64,000 bases of DNA. Origin: Chthoniobacterales bacterium (lineage in GTDB: Bacteria; Verrucomicrobiota; Verrucomicrobiia; Chthoniobacterales; Chthoniobacteraceae). Positions within the stretch are counted from its first letter, which is position 1. Each line of letters starts with the position of its first letter. Location: positions 128,001-192,000 of the forward strand of contig JBBQZX010000007.1 in NCBI GenBank assembly GCA_038207335.1, read 5' to 3'. The position numbers and the translations under genes are program-made. The notes beneath the pieces were generated by a model that was not told where the DNA came from, ran no database searches, and saw nothing but the letters and a program-made list of their open reading frames with translations. Shown one piece after another: positions 54,626-63,031 of this stretch.

Positions 54626-55572
54626 GCACTATCGGGATCAAAGGCATCGGATGCTACATTCCGGAAGCTCGCGCAAACAACGCCGAGCGGCTTTCGGACT
54701 TCGAAATCGAAGAGTCATTCCTCATCGACAAGCTAGGCGTTCGGCAGCGAGCAATCAAAGCTCCCGGCGAAGACACACTCGCGCTCTGCCTCAACGCCTT
54801 TGAAAATCTTCAATCCCATGCACCGCTCGCAATAGATCAAATCGACTGCCTAGTCGTAGTCACTCAAAATCCCGGCATCAGAATCCCGCATGTCTCTGCC
54901 CGCCTGCACGGCGCACTCGGTGTGGGAGAAACATGCGCCTGCTTCGACATTTCGCTCGGTTGCTCCGGCTACGTCTATAGCCTCTCCGCCATTGAGTCAT
55001 TCATGTCCGCCAACGACCTCCGCAACGGTCTCCTTTTTACCGCCGATCCTTACTCCCCGATCATCGACGCCGCCGACAAAAACACCGCCCTCCTTTTCGG
55101 TGACGCCGCGACCTGCACCCATCTCGGCTCTGACCCGGTCTTCGAAACCGGCAAGTTCACCTTCGGCACCATCGGCACCGAATCCGCCGAACTCACCTGC
55201 CCCGGCAGTGGCAGCCTCTCGATGAATGGCCGCGCTGTCTTCAACTTCGCAGCCAAGACAATCCCCGGCGACATCCGCAACCTCCTCGAACGCAACCAAA
55301 CAGACCTCGCCGCCATCGATCGATTCATCTTTCACCAAGGCAGCAAATACATCGTCGATACCTTGACCAAGCTGATGCGGCTCGATCCGTCGAAGGTCGC
55401 GCTGGACATCCTGGACTACGGCAACACCGTCTCCTCCTCGATCCCGTTAATCCTTGCCCAGGAGCTGGAGCGCCCTCACATTCGCCGCGTCGTGCTGAGC
55501 GGATTCGGCGCGGGCCTCTCATGGGCCAGCGCGCTGCTGACTCGCACCGATCCTCATGCCAGTCACCATTGA
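54622..55572 (+). CDS. 3-oxoacyl-ACP synthase III (FabH-like)
   Basis: Cys-His-Asn triad in ISLGCSGY, FHQG and YGNTVSSSIP; LFGDAA; MNGRAVF; GFGAGLSW. Confidence 0.92.
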   Translation: MSTIGIKGIGCYIPEARANNAERLSDFEIEESFLIDKLGVRQRAIKAPGEDTLALCLNAFENLQSHAPLAIDQIDCLVVVTQNPGIRIPHVSARLHGALGVGETCACFDISLGCSGYVYSLSAIESFMSANDLRNGLLFTADPYSPIIDAADKNTALLFGDAATCTHLGSDPVFETGKFTFGTIGTESAELTCPGSGSLSMNGRAVFNFAAKTIPGDIRNLLERNQTDLAAIDRFIFHQGSKYIVDTLTKLMRLDPSKVALDILDYGNTVSSSIPLILAQELERPHIRRVVLSGFGAGLSWASALLTRTDPHASHH

Positions 55573-55813
55573 ACAACTCCGCGAAATCATCGCGAAAGCG
55601 GAAATCACCGAAAAAGCCCCAGCCGTCTTCGATCCCGCTATTCCCCTGAGACAGCAAGGGATCGACTCGCTGGACATGGCCACATTCGTCTTCTTCATCG
55701 AGACCGAACTCGACCTCTCCATCCCTCACAAAGAATACAAACGGCTCACCACGCTGGATGAAATCGCCACTGCGCTGACCGAAAATCGCGCAGAGTGGGC
55801 CAGCAAAAAATGA
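55556..55813 (+). CDS. Acyl carrier protein
   Basis: 85 aa, acidic, GIDSLD phosphopantetheine site. Confidence 0.88.
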   Translation: MPVTIEQLREIIAKAEITEKAPAVFDPAIPLRQQGIDSLDMATFVFFIETELDLSIPHKEYKRLTTLDEIATALTENRAEWASKK

Positions 55814-55829
55814 GCCGACTCCAGGCGTG

Positions 55830-56516
55830 ATGTCGAAGATCGCGGCGAGACTGATCGATGCCTTGGAGCGCCTTCAGCCAGCGCCGGAGAGGAAGATATT
55901 CTGCATCGGTCGCAACAAGACGGGCACGACTTCGCTGAAGAAGGCATTGGAGGACTTTGGATACACAGTCGGCTGTCAGCACACTGCCGAGAAGCTCTTC
56001 CGGCACTACAAGGACCGCGACTTCCGTCCGCTCATCGACTACTGCGCGTCGGCTACCGCATTCCAAGACATTCCTTTCAGCCTTCCCTACACCTTCGGCG
56101 CGCTCGATCAGGCCTTTCCCGGCAGCAAGTTCATCCTCACGATTCGCGATGAGGCTGAGTGGTTCGACTCACTCGTGCGCTTTCAGGCGAAAATGCACGG
56201 CGATGGGAAAACTCCCACTCTCGAGCAACTCCAAAACGATCCCTACTGCTACAAGGGCTTCGCCTACGAGACGAAGAAGTATGCCTACAACCTCCGGGAC
56301 GATGACCTCTACAATCGCGACGTCTGGATCGAGCACTACCGCCGCCACAATGCAATGGTTGCGGACTACTTCCGCTTTCGCCCGGATGACCTGCTGACCA
56401 TCGACGTCAGCGAGCCCGAGTCTTATGGAAAGCTCTGCCTCTTCCTAGGCCAGGAGCCGCGCTTCGAGACCTTTCCCTGGGAGAATCAGAACGTCTCCGC
56501 GCCTTCCGGCGGGTAA
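55830..56516 (+). CDS. Sulfotransferase-family protein (second type)
   Basis: KIFCIGRNKTGTTSL..AL...GY, FQDIPF, PGSKFILTIR...W.DS, LC.FLG, FPWEN. Confidence 0.8.
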   Translation: MSKIAARLIDALERLQPAPERKIFCIGRNKTGTTSLKKALEDFGYTVGCQHTAEKLFRHYKDRDFRPLIDYCASATAFQDIPFSLPYTFGALDQAFPGSKFILTIRDEAEWFDSLVRFQAKMHGDGKTPTLEQLQNDPYCYKGFAYETKKYAYNLRDDDLYNRDVWIEHYRRHNAMVADYFRFRPDDLLTIDVSEPESYGKLCLFLGQEPRFETFPWENQNVSAPSGG

Positions 56517-57664
56517 TGAGTTCGCTGCTGCCGCAGTCCCCACTTCCCCCGCATCCGGGAGGCCGCGCCGAAAAGCTGCACGCGCTAACCGGCCTGCGCT
56601 TCGCAGCGGCGGCGATGATCGACGTTCACCACTCGCGCCGCGTCCTCTGGCTATCGCCCGCTTTTCTCCGAGCCGTCTCGCTGCAATGCGGCGTGTCGTT
56701 CTTCTTTGTCCTGAGCGGCTTCATCCTGACTCACGTCTATCCGACCCTCAGCGCGCCGGGCGCGACACGGCGTTTCCTCATCGCCCGGTTCGCGCGCGTT
56801 TGGCCCGCGCACGCCTTCACATTTCTCCTCACGATCGCGCTAGGCCTGCACGCGGCTGCGTCGCCACTCATCACCGCCGCAAATGCCCTCATGCTTCACG
56901 CATGGGTACCTGTCACGGCTTGGTTCTTCTCCTATAACTCCGTCAGTTGGAGCATCTCCACGGAACTTTTCTTCTACTTCGCCTTCCCGCTGCTCATCCT
57001 CCGCCTTCCGCAAACATGGTGGTGGAAAGCTGCGGCCGTGGTCATCGTCGTAGCTCTTCTCGTTTCATTCTGCGACCGGGCAAACATCCCCGGCTTCGAG
57101 TCCAGCGGTCCTTTCGAGATCAACCTCGCCGGCATCCTCTACATCAGCCCGCTCGCGCGCCTTGCCGAGTTCTTCCTAGGCATGGTCGCGGCCATGCTTT
57201 GGAAACGTCACTCGCCACGCTTTCACCTCCGCACCCTCAGCGCGACCGCGCTGGAATGCGCCGCCCTGGCTCTGTGTGCGGTCGCCATCGTCGCCGCCTC
57301 CAGCAAAGCCACGCTGCAAGCCCATCTCGGCGACGCATGGGCCACGTACATCCGGCACGGCGGCGCGGCACCCGCGTTCGCCATCCTCATCGTTCTATTC
57401 GCCTCACAAATGGCACTCATCTCGCGCGCGTTTGGCTCGGGTACCATGATCCTCCTCGGTGAAATCAGCTTTTCCATTTACCTCCTCCACCAGATTTTCC
57501 TCCGCTGGATCGTCACCCATCGCCCACTCCTTCCCATGAGCGACGGCCTGCTCTACGCCCTTTTTTGCGCCGCGCTCGTCATCTCATCGTCGCTGGTGTG
57601 GCGACTCGTCGAGCGGCCAGCTCGCGGCTTTTTGTTGAAGTTCGCACTCCCTCCGCAAGCATGA
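56516..57664 (+). CDS. Acyltransferase family 3 (OafA/NodX-like membrane O-acyltransferase)
   Basis: LTGLRF.AA, VSFFFVLSGFIL, RFARVWP, WSISTELFFY, LGEISFSIYLLH, VERP. Confidence 0.9.
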   Translation: MSSLLPQSPLPPHPGGRAEKLHALTGLRFAAAAMIDVHHSRRVLWLSPAFLRAVSLQCGVSFFFVLSGFILTHVYPTLSAPGATRRFLIARFARVWPAHAFTFLLTIALGLHAAASPLITAANALMLHAWVPVTAWFFSYNSVSWSISTELFFYFAFPLLILRLPQTWWWKAAAVVIVVALLVSFCDRANIPGFESSGPFEINLAGILYISPLARLAEFFLGMVAAMLWKRHSPRFHLRTLSATALECAALALCAVAIVAASSKATLQAHLGDAWATYIRHGGAAPAFAILIVLFASQMALISRAFGSGTMILLGEISFSIYLLHQIFLRWIVTHRPLLPMSDGLLYALFCAALVISSSLVWRLVERPARGFLLKFALPPQA

Positions 57665-58635
57665 CTCCACCGAAAGTCAGCGTCTCCATTACCGCTTACA
57701 ATCACGCGCCTTTCATCCGCCAGGCTCTCGACGGCGTGCTCGCGCAGCGCACCGATTTCCCCGTCGAAATCCTCGTCGGGGAGGACGCCTCCACCGACGG
57801 CACGCCCGACATCGTCCGCGACTACGCCGCCCGTTTCCCCGACCGCATCACCTCGTTTTTCCACACGCCCGAGAGCAAACTCCGCATCCGCGGGCGCCTC
57901 ACCGGTCGCAACAACCTCGCCCACAATCTCACCGTTGCGCAGGGCGAATTCATCGCCCTGCTCGACGGCGACGACTGCTGGACCGACGACACGAAACTCT
58001 CCCGCCAAGTCGCCCAACTCGAAGCCGACCCGACACTCGCCACCTCCTTCCACCAAGCCGCGATCATCGACGAATCCGGCGCACCGCTCGACCGCCCCTC
58101 CACGATCCGCGAGCTGAAAACCCGCTACACGCTAGAGGAAATGATCGCCGGGAAATTTGAGGCGCAAACCTGCACCGTCCTCTTCCGCCGCGCCGCGATC
58201 CAGCCGCTGCCCGCGTGGTTTTTTGAAGCACCCGTCGGCGACTTCGTGCTCCACACCATCAATGGCCACCGCGGCGACTTCGGCTTCATCGACCGCCCGA
58301 TGGCCGCGTATCGCATCCACAGCGGCGGCATCTGGTCCGGTGGAAATGCAGGTGGCCAGCGCGGCCAGACGCCCGAGCAGCTACGCCGCGAGTGCCAGCG
58401 CTACGAGCTCATGGTCGATCTCTTCACATCGGTCGCCCGACACTCCACGGCCCCGCACCGCCGCGCTGCCCTCGCCCGGCTCGCGATGTTCGCCGCCCTC
58501 GCCGCGAAACGCCGCGCGTGGCTCCGCGACAAACCCGAACTCCGCCGCGACCTCGCCGCCCTCTTGCACGCGCGCCACCTCCCACCCGAGCTGACTTTCA
58601 CTGAGCTCGCCCGCCTCCTCGTCCGCGCCGTCTGA
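57661..58635 (+). CDS. Glycosyltransferase family 2
   Basis: ITAYNHAPFI.QALDGVLAQ, GEDASTDGT, LDGDDCW, KL..QV, AAYRIHSGGIWS. Confidence 0.9.
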   Translation: MTPPKVSVSITAYNHAPFIRQALDGVLAQRTDFPVEILVGEDASTDGTPDIVRDYAARFPDRITSFFHTPESKLRIRGRLTGRNNLAHNLTVAQGEFIALLDGDDCWTDDTKLSRQVAQLEADPTLATSFHQAAIIDESGAPLDRPSTIRELKTRYTLEEMIAGKFEAQTCTVLFRRAAIQPLPAWFFEAPVGDFVLHTINGHRGDFGFIDRPMAAYRIHSGGIWSGGNAGGQRGQTPEQLRRECQRYELMVDLFTSVARHSTAPHRRAALARLAMFAALAAKRRAWLRDKPELRRDLAALLHARHLPPELTFTELARLLVRAV

Positions 58636-58693
58636 GCCAAAACTTGCGAGTTGAGCGCCAGCCAAAAACCGCCCTCACTTGCTTCTTCGTGAG

Positions 58694-59878
58694 ATGAACA
58701 CCGCACCCCTCGCCATCCTCGGCGCGCCGCCCGCCTTCGCCGAAAAACTCCACGTCGGGCGGCCGAATGTCGGCAGCCGCGACCGCTTCCTCCAGCTCGT
58801 CGGCGAAATCTTCGACCGCCGCTGGTTCACCAACAACGGCGAGTGCGTCCGCGAATTCGAGCGCCGCCTCTGCGCCCACCTCGGCGTGCGCCACTGCATC
58901 CCAGTCTGCAACGCCACCGTCGGCCTCGAAGTCGCCATCCGCGCCCTCGGCCTTCACGGCGAAGTCATCCTCCCATCGTTCACCTTCATCGCCACCGCCC
59001 ACGCGCTCCAGTGGCAGGAAATCACGCCCGTCTTCGCCGACATCGACCCCGCCACGCACAATCTCGACCCCGCCGCCATCGAGCCGCTCATCACCGAGCG
59101 AACCACCGGCATCATCGGCGTCCATCTCTGGGGCCGTGCGTGCGACACCGCCGCGCTCGAGGAAATCGCACACCGCCGCGGCCTCCGCCTCCTCTTCGAT
59201 GCCGCACACGCCTTCGGCTCCTCGCATCTTGGAAAAATGATCGGGCGCTTTGGCGACGCCGAAGTCTTCAGCTTTCACGCCACGAAATTCCTCAACACCT
59301 TTGAGGGCGGCGCCATCGCCACCGACAACGACGAACTCGCCGCGCGCATCCGGCTCATGATCAATTTCGGCTTCAACGGCCTGGACCGCGTCGTCCACAT
59401 CGGCACCAACGCCAAAATGAGCGAAATCAGCGCCGCGATGGGCATCACCGGCCTCGAGCAAATCGACACCTTCATCGGTGCGAATCTCGCGCACCACCGC
59501 ACCTGCGCGCGCGAGCTCGCCGGCATCCCCGGCCTCGCGCTCATCCCGCTCCCCTACGCGCCCGACCGCACAAACGCCCAATACATCATCCTCGAAATCG
59601 ACGCCCCTGCATTCGGCCTCACCCGCGACCAGCTCCTCGCCGTCCTCCACGCCGACCACGTCCTCGCGCGCCGCTACTTCTTCCCCGGCTGCCACCGCTC
59701 CGAACCCTACGCCACACTCTACCCCGGCACCGCCGCACGCCTCCCCGCTACTGAACGCCTCAGCGAGCGCATCCTAGCCCTCCCCACCGGCACCGGCGTC
59801 ACCGAGTCGGACGTCGTCCTCATGTGTAAAATCATCCGCACGGCCTGCGAGCGCGCCCCGGAAATCCGCGCGCTCTGA
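58694..59878 (+). CDS. DegT/DnrJ/EryC1/StrS sugar aminotransferase (DesI/VioA-like, C4)
   Basis: HVGRPN, CNAT, GVHLWG, FDAAHA, EVFSFHATK (PLP lysine), GTNAKMSE, LPTG. Confidence 0.92.
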   Translation: MNTAPLAILGAPPAFAEKLHVGRPNVGSRDRFLQLVGEIFDRRWFTNNGECVREFERRLCAHLGVRHCIPVCNATVGLEVAIRALGLHGEVILPSFTFIATAHALQWQEITPVFADIDPATHNLDPAAIEPLITERTTGIIGVHLWGRACDTAALEEIAHRRGLRLLFDAAHAFGSSHLGKMIGRFGDAEVFSFHATKFLNTFEGGAIATDNDELAARIRLMINFGFNGLDRVVHIGTNAKMSEISAAMGITGLEQIDTFIGANLAHHRTCARELAGIPGLALIPLPYAPDRTNAQYIILEIDAPAFGLTRDQLLAVLHADHVLARRYFFPGCHRSEPYATLYPGTAARLPATERLSERILALPTGTGVTESDVVLMCKIIRTACERAPEIRAL

Positions 59879-60007
59879 CGCCTTCCGCCGGGATTAACGA
59901 TCCCGCCTACAAAATGCGGCGGATAGCGCGTTGAAGACGGATTGGCCACACGCCGTCGCGATTTCTTCTTCTTCGCTGCTTCGCTGCTTCGCAGTAAAAG
60001 AACACCG

Positions 60008-61897
60008 ATGGGTACCAAACAAATCTCACGCAAGGACATCGCGAAGATGTCTTTCGGCGAGTTCCTGCGCGCGAGCCGAGAACCGTATCGCCGGCTTTTT
60101 TCGTACCTGAAGCCGTATCGCTTTCGCTTCGGGCTCGGGATTCTTTTTGGGGCGCTTTTCGGCGCGGTGCAGGCGCTGCTCATTTTCGATGTGCGGTTCG
60201 TGGCGGGCGCGGTTTTCTCAGAGGGAAAAGTGAAGGTGAGCGAGAAGGTGCTGCGCTGGTTTCCGCAGCTCGCGGACTTGAATATCGGCAACGGCTTTTG
60301 GGCGCTGGTGCTGATTTGCGCGAGCATCCCGGCGATCATGCTGCTGCGCGGTTTGTGCAGTTACTTGAACAGCTATTTCATGCTCTGGGTGAGCGTGCGC
60401 GTGCTGGACGACATCCGCACGCAGGCCTTTCGCCACGCGCTGAATCAGTCGATGGAGTTCTTCAATAAATCGAAGGCGGGCGAGCTGGTGCAGACGGTTT
60501 TCAATCAGACGCGGATGGCGCAGCAGGCGCTGACGACCGTGTCGGGCGATCTCGTGAAGCAGCCGATTTCGATCCTCACGGCTCTCGGGACTTTGTTCTA
60601 CCTCGACTGGCGTTTCACGCTGATGTCGTTCGTGATTTTCCCGCTGTGCATCGTGCCGGTGGTGATCGTGAGCAAAAAAGTGCGCAAGGCCGGGACGCGC
60701 GAGGAGGAGGAGGCGGGGATGCTGATGGTCATCATGCACGAGGCCTTTGCCGGCGTGCGGGTGGTGAAAACGCACGCGCGCGAGGATTACGAATCGGCGC
60801 GGTTCAATGTGGCGAATCGGCAGATCATGCAGTTCATCATGCGCTGGCGGAAGGCGATGGAAATGAGCGGGCCGCTGGTGGAGACGATCGCGTCGCTCGG
60901 GGTCGCGGCGGCGCTTTTGTGGGCTTGGTATTACAAGCTGGGGTTCGAGAATTTCATCGCGCTGACCGGCGGGCTGATGCTGCTTTACCCGGCCTTCAAG
61001 GCGCTGAGCCGCATCTATCTCACGATGCAAAAGTGCCTCGCCTCGACGACGAAAGTCTTCGAGTTGCTCGACCGGAAACCGGCGATCGAGGACGCGCTGG
61101 GAGCGCCGGATTTGCGCGAGGTGAAAGGGGAGATCGTGTTTGAAAATGTGACCTTTGGGTACGGCGGGGATCGCGTGGCGGTGAGCGGGATCGAGTTGAA
61201 AATCCCGGCTGGCGGGACATGCGCGCTGGTGGGTGCGAGCGGGGCGGGGAAGAGCACGCTGCTGGCGCTGCTGCAGCGGCTGTATGAGCCGCAGAAGGGC
61301 GCGATTTTCATCGATGGGCAGGATATCCGCGCGGTGACGCAGGCGTCGCTGCGGGAGCATGTGGCGACGGTGAGCCAGGACATTTTTCTTTTCCACGACA
61401 CGATCGAAAACAACATCCGATACGGGCGGCTGGATGCGACGCTAGCCGAGGTGCAGGAGGCCGCACGGCAGGCTTACGCGCACGATTTTATCCTGGAGCA
61501 GCCGAATGGATACGGGACGGTGATCGGCGACAAAGGTTGCCTGCTGAGCGGCGGGCAGCAGCAGCGGATTTCGATCGCGCGGGCGCTACTGAAAAATGCG
61601 CCGATCCTGCTGCTGGATGAGGCGACGAGTGCGCTGGACAGCGAGAGCGAAAAGCAAATTCAGGCGGCGCTGGAGACGCTGTCGAGCGGACGCACGGTGA
61701 TCGCGATCGCGCATCGGCTCTCCACGATTTTGAAGGCGGATCAGATCGTGGTGATGGAGGGTGGGGCGATCAAGGAGGTGGGGACGCATCAGGCGCTTTT
61801 CGAGCAGAGCGGGTATTACCGGCGGCTGTATGATTTGCAGTTCAACCGGCATCCGGGCGAAGAAGTGCCGATGGCTGAAATGGCGGCTGTCGGATGA
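60008..61897 (+). CDS. MsbA-like ABC exporter (TMD-NBD fusion)
   Basis: Six-TM domain; GASGAGKST, LSGGQQQRISIARA, LDEATSALD, IAHRLST. Confidence 0.88.
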   Translation: MGTKQISRKDIAKMSFGEFLRASREPYRRLFSYLKPYRFRFGLGILFGALFGAVQALLIFDVRFVAGAVFSEGKVKVSEKVLRWFPQLADLNIGNGFWALVLICASIPAIMLLRGLCSYLNSYFMLWVSVRVLDDIRTQAFRHALNQSMEFFNKSKAGELVQTVFNQTRMAQQALTTVSGDLVKQPISILTALGTLFYLDWRFTLMSFVIFPLCIVPVVIVSKKVRKAGTREEEEAGMLMVIMHEAFAGVRVVKTHAREDYESARFNVANRQIMQFIMRWRKAMEMSGPLVETIASLGVAAALLWAWYYKLGFENFIALTGGLMLLYPAFKALSRIYLTMQKCLASTTKVFELLDRKPAIEDALGAPDLREVKGEIVFENVTFGYGGDRVAVSGIELKIPAGGTCALVGASGAGKSTLLALLQRLYEPQKGAIFIDGQDIRAVTQASLREHVATVSQDIFLFHDTIENNIRYGRLDATLAEVQEAARQAYAHDFILEQPNGYGTVIGDKGCLLSGGQQQRISIARALLKNAPILLLDEATSALDSESEKQIQAALETLSSGRTVIAIAHRLSTILKADQIVVMEGGAIKEVGTHQALFEQSGYYRRLYDLQFNRHPGEEVPMAEMAAVG

Positions 61898-61950
61898 GGC
61901 GTGCCTTTTTCGTGGATAAATCGCGCGATTCAGGCGTTGATTTTGGTGCT

Positions 61951-62439
61951 GTGAAAAAACTCCTCGCGCTCCTCATTGCCGTCCCTGTCATTGCCTCCGC
62001 GCAGGAGGCTGCGAACACGATCAAGGTCACGACGAAGCTACGGCCCGATGGCTCAACGGCGTCGCGGATCGTGGACCCGGATAAGCACACAATCGAGGAG
62101 TCGATCAAGGATCAGTCGGGGAGGATCCTGTCGAAGACGGTCTTCACGACGGACGAGCGCGGGATTTCGGTGGGGGCGACGCACTTCGACGCGAAGGGGA
62201 ACGTGCGATACAAGGAGGTGTATCAACTCGATCTCGGCGACCGGATTGCGTCGTCTTCGCTACTGTCGGCGACGGGTCAGCCGCTGGGAAAGCGGGTGTT
62301 CAATTACGACTCGAAAGGCAACGCGCGAGTCGAAGACTACGACGCGAGTGGGAATCTGATCTCGCGGCCGACGGCGGCGAATCAGAGCCGCGGACGCCCG
62401 GACAAGCCCACGATACGCCGGGCGATCCCGGTGCGCTGA
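61951..62439 (+). CDS. Secreted hypothetical protein with YD-like beta repeats
   Basis: Signal peptide VKKLLALLIAVPVIASA; repeats FDAKGN, YDSKGN, YDASGN. Confidence 0.65.
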   Translation: MKKLLALLIAVPVIASAQEAANTIKVTTKLRPDGSTASRIVDPDKHTIEESIKDQSGRILSKTVFTTDERGISVGATHFDAKGNVRYKEVYQLDLGDRIASSSLLSATGQPLGKRVFNYDSKGNARVEDYDASGNLISRPTAANQSRGRPDKPTIRRAIPVR

Positions 62440-63031
62440 AGCACTTCGGCTCTCACTAATTCGCGGGCGGCGACTGGCGGAGCGCCTCGCGGAATTGCGA
62501 GTAGAGCGCGTTGAGAAATTTGCGCAATTCCGCGCTGCGAGCCGCACACTCGACCTTCGGGCGCGCCTTGAGAATTTGCGCGCTGCTCGTCGCCTGGCTC
62601 TTGAGTTCCGCGCGCTGGGATTCTTCGCGAGCAAACTGCGGCCTGCTCATCTAGTAGTTGCGCCGGGCTTCGAGCGCCTGACTGCTCACACCCGTTCGCG
62701 CATCCGCCTCCACCGTGCGCAAGCCGTAACGGACGAGCGTCTGGTTTCGCTCTTCAATCCTGACGAGCATCTCGAACTTCGCTTTTCAAAAGCAGCCCCC
62801 GGAGAGCACCGCGCTGTCGGTGCCGACATTGGAGGCGACAGCGCACGCCTCATTTCGAGGCTGACCGTGATCGGACGGCCCACGGCGTGGGTGCTGGACA
62901 TTAACTCCAACGTCAACCCGGCTTGCGGAGCGACTATGACGGTTTGCCTCCACTGCGGCAGCCTGCCCTTAGCATTCGCCTAAATACGAATAGGCGAGGC
63001 GCGGAAAGTGCATGATTATTTCCCCGGCCCA

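Noticed and set aside
55810..55830. Mini-ORF MSRLQA* overlapping the ACP stop, a possible frameshifted start of sulfotransferase 2
   Set aside because: In-frame GTG/ATG at 55827/55830 gives an intact protein; a frameshift cannot be shown without reads.
49355..59878. Nod-factor-like biosynthesis (parallels to NodH, NodQ, NodE/F, NodL, NodX, NodI/J)
   Set aside because: No NodA, NodB or processive NodC; the transporter is Wzm/Wzt-type and the synthase is FabH-type, so a surface glycan is the simpler reading.
62456..62983. Short ORFs on both strands and a 7-bp hairpin (62976-62997)
   Set aside because: No motifs or consistent codon pattern; may be a decayed gene, but nothing supportable.
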